This document shows, in pieces, positions 44,064-55,694 of a stretch of DNA of 64,000 bases (position 1 is its first letter; each line of letters starts with the position of its first letter). The stretch lies in NCBI GenBank assembly GCA_012295275.1, contig CM022679.1, positions 12,772,001 to 12,836,000 of the forward strand. The letters run 5' to 3'. The DNA comes from Chrysomallon squamiferum (lineage: Eukaryota; Animalia; Mollusca). The notes under the pieces were generated by a model, which was not told the DNA's origin, searched no databases, and saw only the letters and a list, made by a program, of their open reading frames with translations. The position numbers and the translations under genes are program-made.

Positions 44064-45613
44064 TTGAAATATGCAATTGTTATATATTTGTAGTCAAATT
44101 ATTTATATACAAAATAAAAAGAATGACATTAATTTATTTGTGTAACAAAATTTCAAATACTTTGTTAAACATCTGTAGTCAAATTTTGTCATTATTTATC
44201 AAACAAACTGAATGACATTAACCTATTTGTTTAACAAGTTTTCAAACACATATATTTTTGTTTTACTTTGTAGCCAGACTTGAAAAAAGTTCTTTATAAA
44301 AAAAAAAAAAATAAAAATTAAAATAAAATAAAATAGGCAAAAAACTTTAATTACAAAATTACAGGAAAAAACAACATAATTTTTTTTTAAAAATTCAAAA
44401 ATAAATAAGTAGGTAAGTAAATAAGTAAGTAAGTAAATAAGTAAGTACGTAAGTAAATAAATAAATAAATTAATTAATTAATTAAATAAATAAATAATGA
44501 TAATGATAATGATAATGATCTTATATTGATCATACACTGTAAACAGAGGTGGGTGTCTGTGACAAAAACATTACAGAAACAAAGCGGTTTCCAAAGCTCG
44601 TCTCTCAAGCTTACAAACTGTTCACGTCACGTTATGAACGAAATCACTGCCAGCAACATCGAGCCCTTGGTCTGCCCAGTCATCCATTACTTGATAAGAT
44701 ACTCCAACATTTTGTTGTTTTTTTCTCTCCTAAAGTACATCTCGTCTACGTACTCTAACAGCTAGTTAATAACGATGTCTATTTTACACTCACATGTCTT
44801 TCATAAAGATAAGCATTATCTTTGTTTACGACATATATTTTATTAACGTGAACCGTATTAATTAGTGTAATTAAATTTGTAAAATTAGTTATGTCCACAT
44901 GATGAAGGGAAGAAATTTTATATTTGGATTCACTCCAAATACTTTTAAAGTTACTTTATAGGTTTTATAACATAAGTATATATATTTATAAAATATATAT
45001 ATTTTAAAATATTTAAAAAAATTAATAATAATAAAAATAAATAAAAATAAATAAATAAATATGCCAATAGATACTTTTAGGACTGCACATTTGGTTTTAT
45101 AATATCAGGCAGAACAAACCAGTACTGAAATTCTAAAATACTGTTGAGTGTGTTGACTGTAAGGGATAATCTGTTATTTGTATAATGATTATAATAATCA
45201 TGTTTCATGCAGGACAGGCAGATAAATCTGACAAGGTGATATATCTGAAAATGATACTTCTGCATGCAGGTGTTCAGGCTGTGTGAAATACTGTTATTAA
45301 CAACACAACATGTTCTGTCATATTCAAAACTCTGTGTCAGGCACCATCAACTGAATATTTTAACTGAGTACTTTAACTTTATAGCTGTTTTATATATTTA
45401 TATATATTTTTTTTCCCTTAGTCATTGAAAACTGTAAACATTTTATTTCCAGCAACCAATGAGTAGGCACCATTTTTCAAACTAAAATGTAACAGAAGAT
45501 TTTCTATTTTGTACAGCAGGCCTTTATATGGATTACATTTCAGATCACAGAATAAGATATTCACATAAAAATCACCTATGATGAAATCATCTTTTATCAA
45601 TATGTATGTGTGT

Positions 45614-45644
<31 letters not shown>

Positions 45645-45899
45645 TATATATATACATATACACATATACACATAGTTTTATATATATGTAACTACATAAA
45701 ACTATATATATATATATATATATGTATATATAATCTCACAGAAAAAATGAACCAGTCAGACTACTCAGAATGAATAAAAATCTGTTTAAGATGTTTTATC
45801 ATGGTTATTCCGATACTGGTCTCTAACATATAATGGGTTAAATGATCTGAATGATAAGTATCACAAAATTGAGCAAAAACTAACTCAAACATCTTCACA

Positions 45900-46140
45900 G
45901 TTAAAACTCAGTTATTGCTGGGCTATTTCCCGTTCCTGACAGTTTGTCATGTGATGTTTTTCAAAAGCAGTGGTATGTGCTTTTCTCTTTATGGTAAGAT
46001 TCATCAAAAAAAAAAGGATTCCTTGCTGTTAATTAATAAAATTAGCCTCTGAATCTGACCACAACTTTTAGAGGTAAATACAGCATTTTCAGTCAAGAAG
46101 TTATAACCAAGAAAAAATAACAAACAAACAATCAAATACA
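45900..46140 (-). mobile_element. Decayed copy of the same SINE-like repeat, opposite orientation
   Basis: gggctatttcccgttcc...gtggtatgtgcttttctc...aaaggattccttgctgttaatt (the reverse complement aattaacagcaaggaatccttt matches the core). Confidence 0.5.
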
Positions 46141-47856
46141 TTTACTATGCAGTATTTGTGGTCTGCCAATTACTTTAGTATACTAAATGCAATTAACAGC
46201 TAAATAAGTGGATATACATTGATGTGATTTTTCCATGAATGATAAATAAAAAGATTTTATAAAATTATGGACTTTAATAAAATCTGAACTAAGTAGTTAT
46301 TGTATTTAATAGCAGTTGTAAGACTGCACAAATAATGTGTACTTATTTTTTCTTTTACAAAATATCTGTCAAAAACAAAAACTTTATATTTTTTAAATGT
46401 ATTTTAATGATTTTAAATTCAACTAGATACACAGAATTCATCATGTATTACAATTAATGAATAAAGTTATTACCCATCCAGACATAATATATATCACATA
46501 TCAGATAGGATAATTTTTAAAACTTTTCATTAGTAAGTTATATTTTCTGTCACAAATATAGGTAATATGAATGTGTATGAACTGCTAACAGTGTGAGATA
46601 AATTTTCAGTAAATTCTAAAACTGACATAAAAAAAATATTTAAAAAAATAAAAAGACACTTCAGAACATTGTATCCAAATTTAATTTCAAAATTTGCAAT
46701 AAAAGAACAACAATAAAAATGTTTTTAAAAAGTGACTCTGGAATTTGAATAAGAAAAAAAAAAAAAAAAAAGAAAAAAAAATGAAAAAGAAAAAAGAAAA
46801 ATAATAAATAAAAAAAATAAATAAATAAATAAGATAAATAAATAAATAAAAAAATAAATAAATTAAATTAATTTCTATTTCAAGCAAGTAAACTGATGAA
46901 AAAAATCATTATTCAGAAATAAAATATTTATAATTGTTGGTATAAATATGAATGAAACAGAGGCCAACAAAATAAAATAGCACTAAAATTAATGAGTTTG
47001 GCAAGATACAAAAGAGTTGTTTGATTTTTGTAATGCTGTCAACACATTTTCAATACGCAACATTATATTGTTTCATTTTTTTATATACACTGAGTGACTT
47101 CTCCATCAGTCACAATTTGACTTCCCTGTACCTACAGTGAGTGCTTTATCCATAATAAATCAGTAAGTTATGACAGAATCTCCAGTGCATCATAGCATAT
47201 TTTACACTGGTACAAAATGAAGCCTAGGTACCATCGTCTTCTACCACTGTTGAGATGTTTGCCATTACAAACAAATAGCCATCTTGGTAGTGAAGAGATC
47301 AAGCTACCCAAGCATAAACAAGCTGCATCATTCATACTTAATAACTACACAGATAATTAAAGAGGAAACCAGTCATTACAACAGGTAGAAGAATAGTTCA
47401 AAGACTGCTGAAAGCAGCTTTGCTCAATCACTACATCATCCTCATATATTTGACATCTAAAAAAGACTTTTATTAAATCTGTTCATATATTGTTAGACAA
47501 ACACTGAGGCATTCATTAAAAAAAAAAAAAAAAAAAAATATCAGTATTATTAATGCTTGATTTGTTGGAATATCTAAATGCATGCAACAGTATACAAAAT
47601 AACAGTAATTTGAGCAGGTTCAAAAACAAAATGACAATGAACTGTCTGTCTAGAATGTTCTGATAATCCACAAGTTGTGAACTTCAGCCCTACTTCTTTA
47701 TTAGTCACACAATGTCCAGTGCCCTTGGAAATGATATGTGTCTTAGCATACAGTTACTAGATAGCGGTTTGTGTATGAAAATCCAGGCTTCGTGAATTCA
47801 GACTTTCAAAAAAGAATTATGAATACAAAAGAAAGATGTGATTTATTATTAAAATT

Positions 47857-48100
47857 CTGAATGAATGAATGAATGAATGTTATTTTGCCAAAATATAAAC
47901 GTTTTAAAATATTTATCAAACTGCAAGTGTTTTATTTTTCACTTATTATTATTAAACATGATGTTAGAAGAACATTTCAGGTGTCACTCCATGACCACTT
48001 TTAGTGATTAGCAGTAAGGTATATGTAATTTGTACATTCTCACAGACAGGAAAACCCTTGCCAGGACCTTTGATAAACCAGTCACAGGGACTGATTCATG
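47857..48100 (+). mobile_element. Decayed copy of the same SINE-like repeat with a (TGAA)n end
   Basis: (tgaa)n at ~47858-47878, then gattagcagtaaggtatatgtaatttgtacattctcacagacaggaaaacc...acctttgataaaccagtc. Confidence 0.5.
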
Positions 48101-49495
48101 GCTACTGGATGATGACAGTTACAGTTCCAGTACAAGAAGTGAACACACAAAGCACAAAATGTATATGAACAAGTAAAGTACTATAAACCTATCAGCACTT
48201 ACCTCTACCTTTCAAATCAATGACTTATTTTTTAAAGTTATTCAGGCATCTGAATCAATTATTTAATATATATACGTTCAAATTAATTAATTTTACATGT
48301 TAAACATAAATATGTCTTTGATTTTGCTTTTAATAATGATAACAGAAAACAATAGCTCAACCACAGTCCACACGTATCACATATCAACAAGACAATCTTT
48401 TTAAATATATCTTTCCACAGTTAAAAAGACCAAAATCACAATCTCTGAATTTCTACTAGTCATGCAGCTGAAATATCTCAAAAAAATCAAAACAAAAAGG
48501 ATCAAAATCTTGTGATCCGTCATACAAACAGTGTAACAATTGATTATTATCACCATGAGTATAAAACAGCAACAGTCATAGCCTGCATACATATGAAATA
48601 GTAAATATCCCATAACATCTACTAGACCTGAACAAAACATTCCACACCTCAGATAACCACTCAACCAGTAAGCTTCATCCCCCAGGTATAAATGGAAAGG
48701 ATACAGTGTGTATTTTCTCACATACAAAGCATTACATTGTTTCAGATATTTTAAATACTTAAAACTGAAAAGTAGCACATAAACACTATGATTAGTACAA
48801 GATAAGCTGAGATTCAAGAAAGCTGTTAATATGACTTTCTTTGTTTTTCTAAGAAACAGTTTAAGACTTGACTCTAGGACATATCTGAAGATTTCAACAA
48901 CAAAAAAAAATGTTTTGACATTAGTTTGTATTTTTGTCCATAATTATTCAAAAACATTTTCTTAAATTATTGTTTTTTATAAAAGATATTATATATATAT
49001 AATAGAGGGAGAGTGTGAATTTTTATTATTATTATTTATTTAACTTTATTTTATTATTATTATTATATATATCTACCCGTGTACTGTTCAGTGATTATCA
49101 TTTTTCTAATCTTAATACATAATTATTGCCATGTCAGTGTGATATACAACATATGCAACATTCAGTACTGAAAACGTTATTTTTTCATAATAACACACTG
49201 TAAATAAATAGGCATACCTTCACACTGGAAACTTTATACCTCATCGGTATTTGATTTTAATAATAAATCAAACTATACATTTATTTTCCTAACTTAACTT
49301 TACTTACATACTCAGCGAAAAAACGTAATTATTCAATTATCAGCTTTTATTTAAAAATATATAACATTATATCACATTCCTATATACCGCTATTTATCCA
49401 ATCCGATGCAATACACACGATATTCTATACGTAACGTATAATACACAAAATAGTTATCTCATTAAAACACCACGTGAATATAAAAAAAAGCCTAC

Positions 49496-49527
49496 CTTGA
49501 CACTGGAAACCTTGTTTTCCGAAACCC
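49496..49527 (-). CDS. PRKC1: Conventional protein kinase C, exon 2 (32 nt, C1A)
   Basis: tttttcag|G GGT TTC GGA AAA CAA GGT TTC CAG TGT CAA G|gtagg gives (W)GFGKQGFQCQ(V); phases 2/1 join exons 1 and 3 in frame. Confidence 0.96.
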
Positions 49528-49599
49528 CTGAAAAAGAGACATATCCGAGATTTTAAATCAGACTCTGTAACATGCTGCGATTATAAACAAAACATTCAA

Positions 49600-50030
49600 T
49601 ACTCGTACGAAATCGAAAAATCCGAAAGACAACTCAGAAGTCGCCGATCGGAGAAATACGGTACACGGAAGTTAAATCTCGCGACATTCCATGCTATTTT
49701 ACCAGATAAAATCCTTGCAGTGGCTGCAAAACGTCGGCTGTTTGAAAAACCTCGCCACGAATTTGTGATTTTTCACTTCATGCACATTCTTCTGACGTAA
49801 CGCGCCACGACGGGCAAAACCTCTCGGACTTGCATTGGTATCCGCCATCTTTGACAGTAACGGTGAACTGCAGACGGCAAAAGCGATACCTATTCTGGGC
49901 AGTATGCCCTAATAAATATGCAGGTTTCTGGGCCGACATCCGTGGCGCTGACAGCAAAATGAAAGTAGAGTTAATTTACGCGGGAATACGAAATGAAACA
50001 GCATGTGGATGCGTGATTATTTTTTACAGG
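49600..50030 (-). promoter_or_regulatory. CpG-rich promoter/first-exon region of the PKC gene
   Basis: Sharp rise in CpG density; YY1-type AAGATGGCGG overlapping the ATG (plus strand CCGCCATCTT 49842-49851); ETS-like CGGAAGT (~49666) and TCTCGCGA (49677-49684) in intron 1. The exact TSS cannot be determined. Confidence 0.7.
49703..49848 (-). CDS. PRKC1: Conventional (Ca2+/DAG-dependent) protein kinase C, coding exon 1 (pseudosubstrate and start of C1A)
   Basis: Hand translation from ATG at 49848: [48 protein letters not shown]+TG, then GT donor (49702-49701), phase 2. [16 protein letters not shown] is the cPKC pseudosubstrate and [15 protein letters not shown] is the C1A start, as in PRKCA/PRKCB/PRKCG and Aplysia Apl I. 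Confidence 0.97.
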
Positions 50031-50324
50031 CTGCAGAAGGAAATATTTTAATTTATTCAGTTTTATTTTGTTGGAAACGCTGCTGGCTCATCAACATAAT
50101 GTTTGCAGTGTATGGTAACCGACAATAATGAAAACGGCTAATAACTGTTCAAATGTGAAATGCGTTATTTATTTATTAGAAAATAGAATGTGCGACTTAA
50201 TATTATTTTATTCTGAATCTTATTTATTATTTCATATATACAATGGTCCAAAGGAAAGCAAATGTTTTATTATTTTATAATTATATGTAAAATGATAATA
50301 AAAAGGGATATATCTTATATATAT

Positions 50325-50369
<45 letters not shown>

Positions 50370-50664
50370 AATAAAATTATTTTAAATAATTTACATGTAC
50401 CTATCTATATATAAAGTTATTTACTAATGTAAGTACTCTGCGTGAATCTTTGTATTCTTGAGAAGACTTACATATAATTATTTAGTGTTATTCTTTACAT
50501 GTTGGTGTTAAATTAAATTTAAATATTTATGTGTGTTTCTTTTTTTGCCTTCCAGACATGTTTCAGATACTCATTTTTAAAAATATATATTAATTCAAGA
50601 CCACCTTTAGCTATTTCACAAATCAACTGAACTAGTTATCAAATATTATTATTATTATTATTAT

Positions 50665-50701
<37 letters not shown>

Positions 50702-52179
50702 ATAAATAAATAAATGAAATATTACGGAACAAATTTAGACAAGCTTATAGAAATAATACCACTACTACAACAATTATTACAACTATTAACAGCAATCAAT
50801 TTCAATTTTAAATTATCTTTACTATTATTATTATTCCAAGCACATCCATTTATCTCTTTGCTAGGAATTCCATTATAATACATTCTATCCGCACGTTAGC
50901 ATCGAAATCGCTCACCATTCTGCAAGTTTATTTATTCATGACAATTTGAATTTCTCTAATGTTAACATAATACAATTAACATACACAAAATAAACCCGTT
51001 AAACCATTCGAGACGAGATGCAGAACAGTGAAGGGTAACATTCGAAATACCCGTCACAATTTAAAAGTTAGATACGTTTTGTTAAAACTGGATGAGCTAG
51101 GAATGAAACTGGCGGTATAGAGATAAACGTGAGCGTAAAACGAGCTTGCGTTACAGAATACAAACAACTGAGTGACTATACACTCATGTAATTCTTTATT
51201 TGGGTTTCACTAACGAGTCCTGAATAAATCAGCTTTTTGGAGAATGACGTATAATCATAAAAAGTTAATTTTTATTATTATTATTATATTAAATTTATTT
51301 TAATTTTTTTTTTATTATTATTATTTTTCAAGAAGCTCATGTACAAAATAGGATTCTTTGAAAACTGTCTCCACCAAACTGTCACCATCATGAAAAAACT
51401 AAAATAAAATAAGTACTGAACAGTCATTAACAGATGATGCATTCTAAGGCCGTCGTGAATTTAAATACAGTGAAAACCGTCACACAACATGAAATTACCA
51501 TCGTTCTTAATTGTGCCGACAGATCTTCCAAAACTGATATCTTGTACAATATCGTGACCCAGTCCTTGTAATGTATGCACAGCTGTTAGTTTTAGCATAC
51601 GAGAAGATTTCATCGTGGATATACATCCACTGTCGATTTGAAGTCGAAGTTTTACTTCATTAATACATTCATTATCGAATACGTAAATATACCGACATTT
51701 AAAACAAAACACATTTTAGTCAGATGTTGAAACGCTATCCAGTCAAGATCCTCAGCTTTCTTTATTAAATTCAATTTGGAAAAGATTTTCATGGACATTA
51801 TGTACGAAGACACGACATAGCACGCTTCGATGGTTATATTCGTTTACAAGTCTTTAAAATTTAAGAGAAACGGATTAGAACTGAAACTGAACTAGCATAG
51901 TAGGGCGCAACTAATATTTTGTTTATTAATAGGCTTTCTCTGCAATTTAATTTAAAATATATATATATATATATAAATATTAAAAAAATATAATAAAAGT
52001 AGATAACTAAACTTAAGAAACTCGCTTAATTGGGTATTTAATATGGTATTCGGGAACTACTCCTTTGTACCTTTTCAAATTTTATGCAGGCTGAAATTTT
52101 AATAGTTCCAAACTGCAGTTAACCGTCACAATATTGAGACCGTTTTTTAAATAAAAAAACACTATGATTTTTAGTACAT

Positions 52180-52185
52180 TTTATT
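52180..52185 (-). terminator. Polyadenylation signal AATAAA of copy A
   Basis: Plus strand tttatt 40 nt past the stop codon; the same context (tacattttattcagaaccc) is kept in all three copies and similarity between copies ends just beyond it. Confidence 0.8.
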
Positions 52186-52225
52186 CAGAACCCATAACCG
52201 TAATTTGTATACAGTTCCGATGAAG

Positions 52226-53081
52226 TTATGTAGCGACGTCATCGCCTCCAGCCTCATCTGCTCCATCTTCATCCACGGCTTCTTCAACTGCAAAAGAATA
52301 CAGTCGTATTTAAATCAATTTCTAGTATATTGCGATTTAGTATCCAGTATAAATAATGACCAACCGTTATCGAATAGCTCAGAAACCAGCTTATTACTTA
52401 CGTTCATTTTTATCTACGAAGTTGAAGCCGTCCAATTCGACTGCGTCCAGTTTGCGATCACCTGTAATTTATATATTACAGCATTAATCTAATTTTAAAA
52501 ATGTGTTTTTCGTTAATTTCACATTAAGTAGTACACTATTCTGATAACATGCATTTCTAATATTCAAGTAAATTTGCCGATTCCTACCATTAGCATCTGC
52601 TTTACGGAATTTTTTCAGCTGGATGACGTTGGTGGGTTTCAGTCCAGAAGCTACAGAGATTTCATGGAGATCGACAAACCCATCTTTATTCAAATCCATT
52701 TCGTGAAAAGCAGCCATGTCGTCAGCATCCTACAAATACATCACAAATTTGTGTACATTATGCAAGTTATCGGGCAATTTGTTATCTTTAATACAAAAGG
52801 AAAGAACGCTTTCAGACGGACTGTTGTATTTATACAGGTCGCGTTTATAAAATGTATTTTTACTACAATACCTCTGCTGGAGGAGCACGCTCGTCCAGTC
52901 CCCTCTTCCTCTTGCACACCTTGCATGCCCAGCTTCTGGCCCATCTGCACGCGGCCATACAACCGTATTTATGAGCGGGACTGACCCTAATTCTGCGAAT
53001 GGATCGAAAGAACCAGCCGTCGACATTCTCTGGTACCAAAGTCAGAACGAAAAGCACCAACAAGAAATATGTAGTTTTCAT
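52226..53081 (-). CDS. Secreted cationic Cys-peptide / double EF-hand precursor, copy A (157 aa; putative antimicrobial peptide precursor); join(53081-52872, 52729-52588, 52461-52402, 52287-52226)
   Basis: All introns are GT-AG with consistent phases (0,1,1); the CDS is 474 nt. Protein: MKTTYFLLVLFVLTLVPENVDG / WFFRSIRRIRVSPAHKYGCMAACRWARSWACKVC / KRKR / GLDERAPPAEDADDMAAFHEM-DLNKDGFVDLHE-ISVASGLKPTNVIQLKKFRKA-DANGDRKLDAVE-LDGFNFVDKNELEEAVDEDGADEAGGDDVAT*. The gene structure is well supported and reproduced in the paralog; the function is inferred. Confidence 0.9.
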
Positions 53082-53298
53082 GCTGCAAAAACACGACGGG
53101 AATTGAATTCTGTGCGTGTAATTTAAGGTAAAAATATTTAATAAGCGTCATTTAACAAAACGAGACTCAAATGCGAAAGGAAACGTTTCAACTTTTTTCC
53201 CCCATTCACAATCACATTTTAAATTTATTGCACTAATACTTGTTATCCAGTCTCAAAATTGATAAATTTTAAAACATCTCCGAAAGCTGAACACTTAC

Positions 53299-53359
53299 CT
53301 GAAGAAGCTATCGCAGACAAAATGATGAGAACAGAAAAACAGCTGGACGACGATTAAGT
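53299..53359 (-). other. Non-coding exon 1 (5' UTR) of copy A
   Basis: Consensus donor CAG|GTAAGT at 53299/53298; acceptor ttttgcag|C ATG at 53082; Inr-like TCACTT with A at 53359, 29 nt from the TATA box; the sequence is conserved in copy B. Confidence 0.8.
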
Positions 53360-53440
53360 GATGAATCTGGAAAGTTGCTCTCTTTATATTTATGTGAAGT
53401 ATCACGTGATCGAAAGTGTACCACGTTATGCACGTTTCTT
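53360..53440 (-). promoter_or_regulatory. Core promoter of copy A: TATA box and E-box/ACGTG cluster
   Basis: TATAAA on minus (plus tttata 53383-53388); palindrome ATCACGTGAT 53401-53410; further CACGT at 53422 and 53431. All are positionally conserved in copy B. Confidence 0.75.
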
Positions 53441-53569
53441 TCGTGCCATATCATGGAAACCATTTGCAAATTGCTTTTTAAATTGTCGTTATTTTTATTT
53501 AAACGTTTTTCGTTTCTTTAGATTATGTCTGACAAATTGCTGAAATTAAATCGCCATCATTGTACAATT

Positions 53570-53672
<103 letters not shown>

Positions 53673-54347
53673 GGAAGACAGAATCACATCAACGCAAATA
53701 TAAACGGTCATAGCCCGCACACAAGAAAGACAGCAGTCTACAAGTACAATAATAAACACTAAAACGCCCGAGAAAAAATAAAACAACGAACAAATGCAAA
53801 GAAACAAACAGAAAATAAAACAGAAAACAAAAACACCGATTTGCGTATAAGTTTTTATTTATAGGGAAATAAAAATAATTTAAAGTGGGTTTACATTTTC
53901 ATAGTGATATACAACTGTTATTAATATGTGTGAGTATACATATATTTAATCCGCCTCTTTATCTATTTCATTTGGCAAGCAGTGGACAAGACAGATTTTC
54001 AGATAGATTTGTATGTGCTTTCATCTCTACAGAAAAGTTCATACAGTAGATGTCTTCGTATACTATACGGATGAAACATACGTCACAGAGAACAATAGGG
54101 TGACGTCATAAACGAGAATAGTTGGCGATACTGGAACAAACTAGATATGTTCACATATGCAGAAGACAAAATGCATGGAAGCTAGTAAGTGAATTTAAAT
54201 TTTAAATTTCTTACGTAAATTATAAATGATTTTAAATTCATTTAAATTATTTCTTGGAACAGTGTTTATCAGCAAGTATTACACGAATAGTTTACAGAAC
54301 TACTTGCTAAATGTTTTCGTAAGAGAAAACGTTTATTATTATTATTA

Positions 54348-54383
<36 letters not shown>

Positions 54384-55648
54384 GAATTCTGCCAATTAAT
54401 CATTATGTCAATTTTAGTTGAGATCACTTTACCGTTTGATGAAATTAATACAAAGAATAATAATAATAAATCGAATTGTGTATCACACATTATTAAAATA
54501 AAATAAAATATGGTTAAAAACCCACAAAAAAACAGTCCGATTAACATGTTTATCTCATGCGAAACAAAACGCGATATGTAGTAATTAAAAACCATTTCTT
54601 TACTGCAGCGTATAAATATTTATTATTAATGTAATGTCTTCAACATTTTTTAATATATATATATATTAGTTTCCACCAACACTAAACTGTTCACTACAGG
54701 TACAAATTTAATCGAAATTTTGAATCACTTTTGCATGTTGGGATGAACTATGAAGTACGTCTGTACATATGTATCATCAATACACGCGCATAATCTATCA
54801 ATACACAGTGTGTTTGTCCAAATTGATTATTAAAATTTCCCACTTAAAAAACTGGAACGTGACAGTTTGTATATAGTATAAATTTGCTAAATAATGGATT
54901 AAGCTGTAAAATTCTCACGTCTGCGTATCATCTGATTTTTTTCTTTATGTTTATTTTGTAATTTCCCAACAAGTGGTCTTCACACTGAAGTCGATCTGTC
55001 TACCCACTAATCAGTCAGCGATTAATAATAAATTCGATTAAAAACAATCAGAATCGTGTTGAAACTAGCGAGATGAAATAAAGCAGGTTTCTAACGGAAA
55101 GCCATACTGCCTACCCAGTTGTCTTCCATTTGAGAAACATGTACCCCCCCCCCCGAGTGCACAACCACAATACACCCCAAACAATTAAACTTGACCCACA
55201 AACTCGTCATACACGATTAGTATTTTTGAAAATATGTTTTGTACAATTCTGCAATATTATTGGCTCAGGATGCGTGATCAACTGAATTTAGAACGTTTTG
55301 CATACGTTATCAGTTGTGACGGAGTGTCGAATTTATTAGTCGTCTTTCATACAAGATGACCGACTGCCACAGATACCAGTTCAGTGTGTTTATCATCACA
55401 CACACCCCGAGTTTTAAACTGAATTTACGAGAAAAAACTGAGGAAAGAAATCCCAAGAAATATGGACGTCTCTTCAAATTACATTAGATTTAGTTATAAC
55501 CATCGTGTGTCCGAATGTAATTTTGAAATGAAGTTTATTATTTCATCAAAATTATACTAATGCGGTAAAGAAACAACCCTGTAGATTTTGTTTGCTGGAT
55601 TGACAATATCTTGCCATTAAAAACAAAAGACCACTTATTTTAGTACAT

Positions 55649-55654
55649 TTTATT
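55649..55654 (-). terminator. Polyadenylation signal AATAAA of copy B
   Basis: Same position relative to the stop codon as in copy A. Confidence 0.8.
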
Positions 55655-55694
55655 CAGAACCCATAACCGTAATTTGTATACAATTCCGATGAAG

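Noticed and set aside
52574-52984. Plus-strand ORFs of 136 aa (and 140 aa at 56028-56450), conserved between copies
   Set aside because: Antisense shadows of the real minus-strand exons and intron 2; splice sites, TATA and polyA all support the minus strand.
53369-53378. GCAACTTTCC (minus strand), kB-like and conserved in both copies
   Set aside because: It lacks the GGG half-site and lies between TATA and Inr; conservation is explained by the core promoter.
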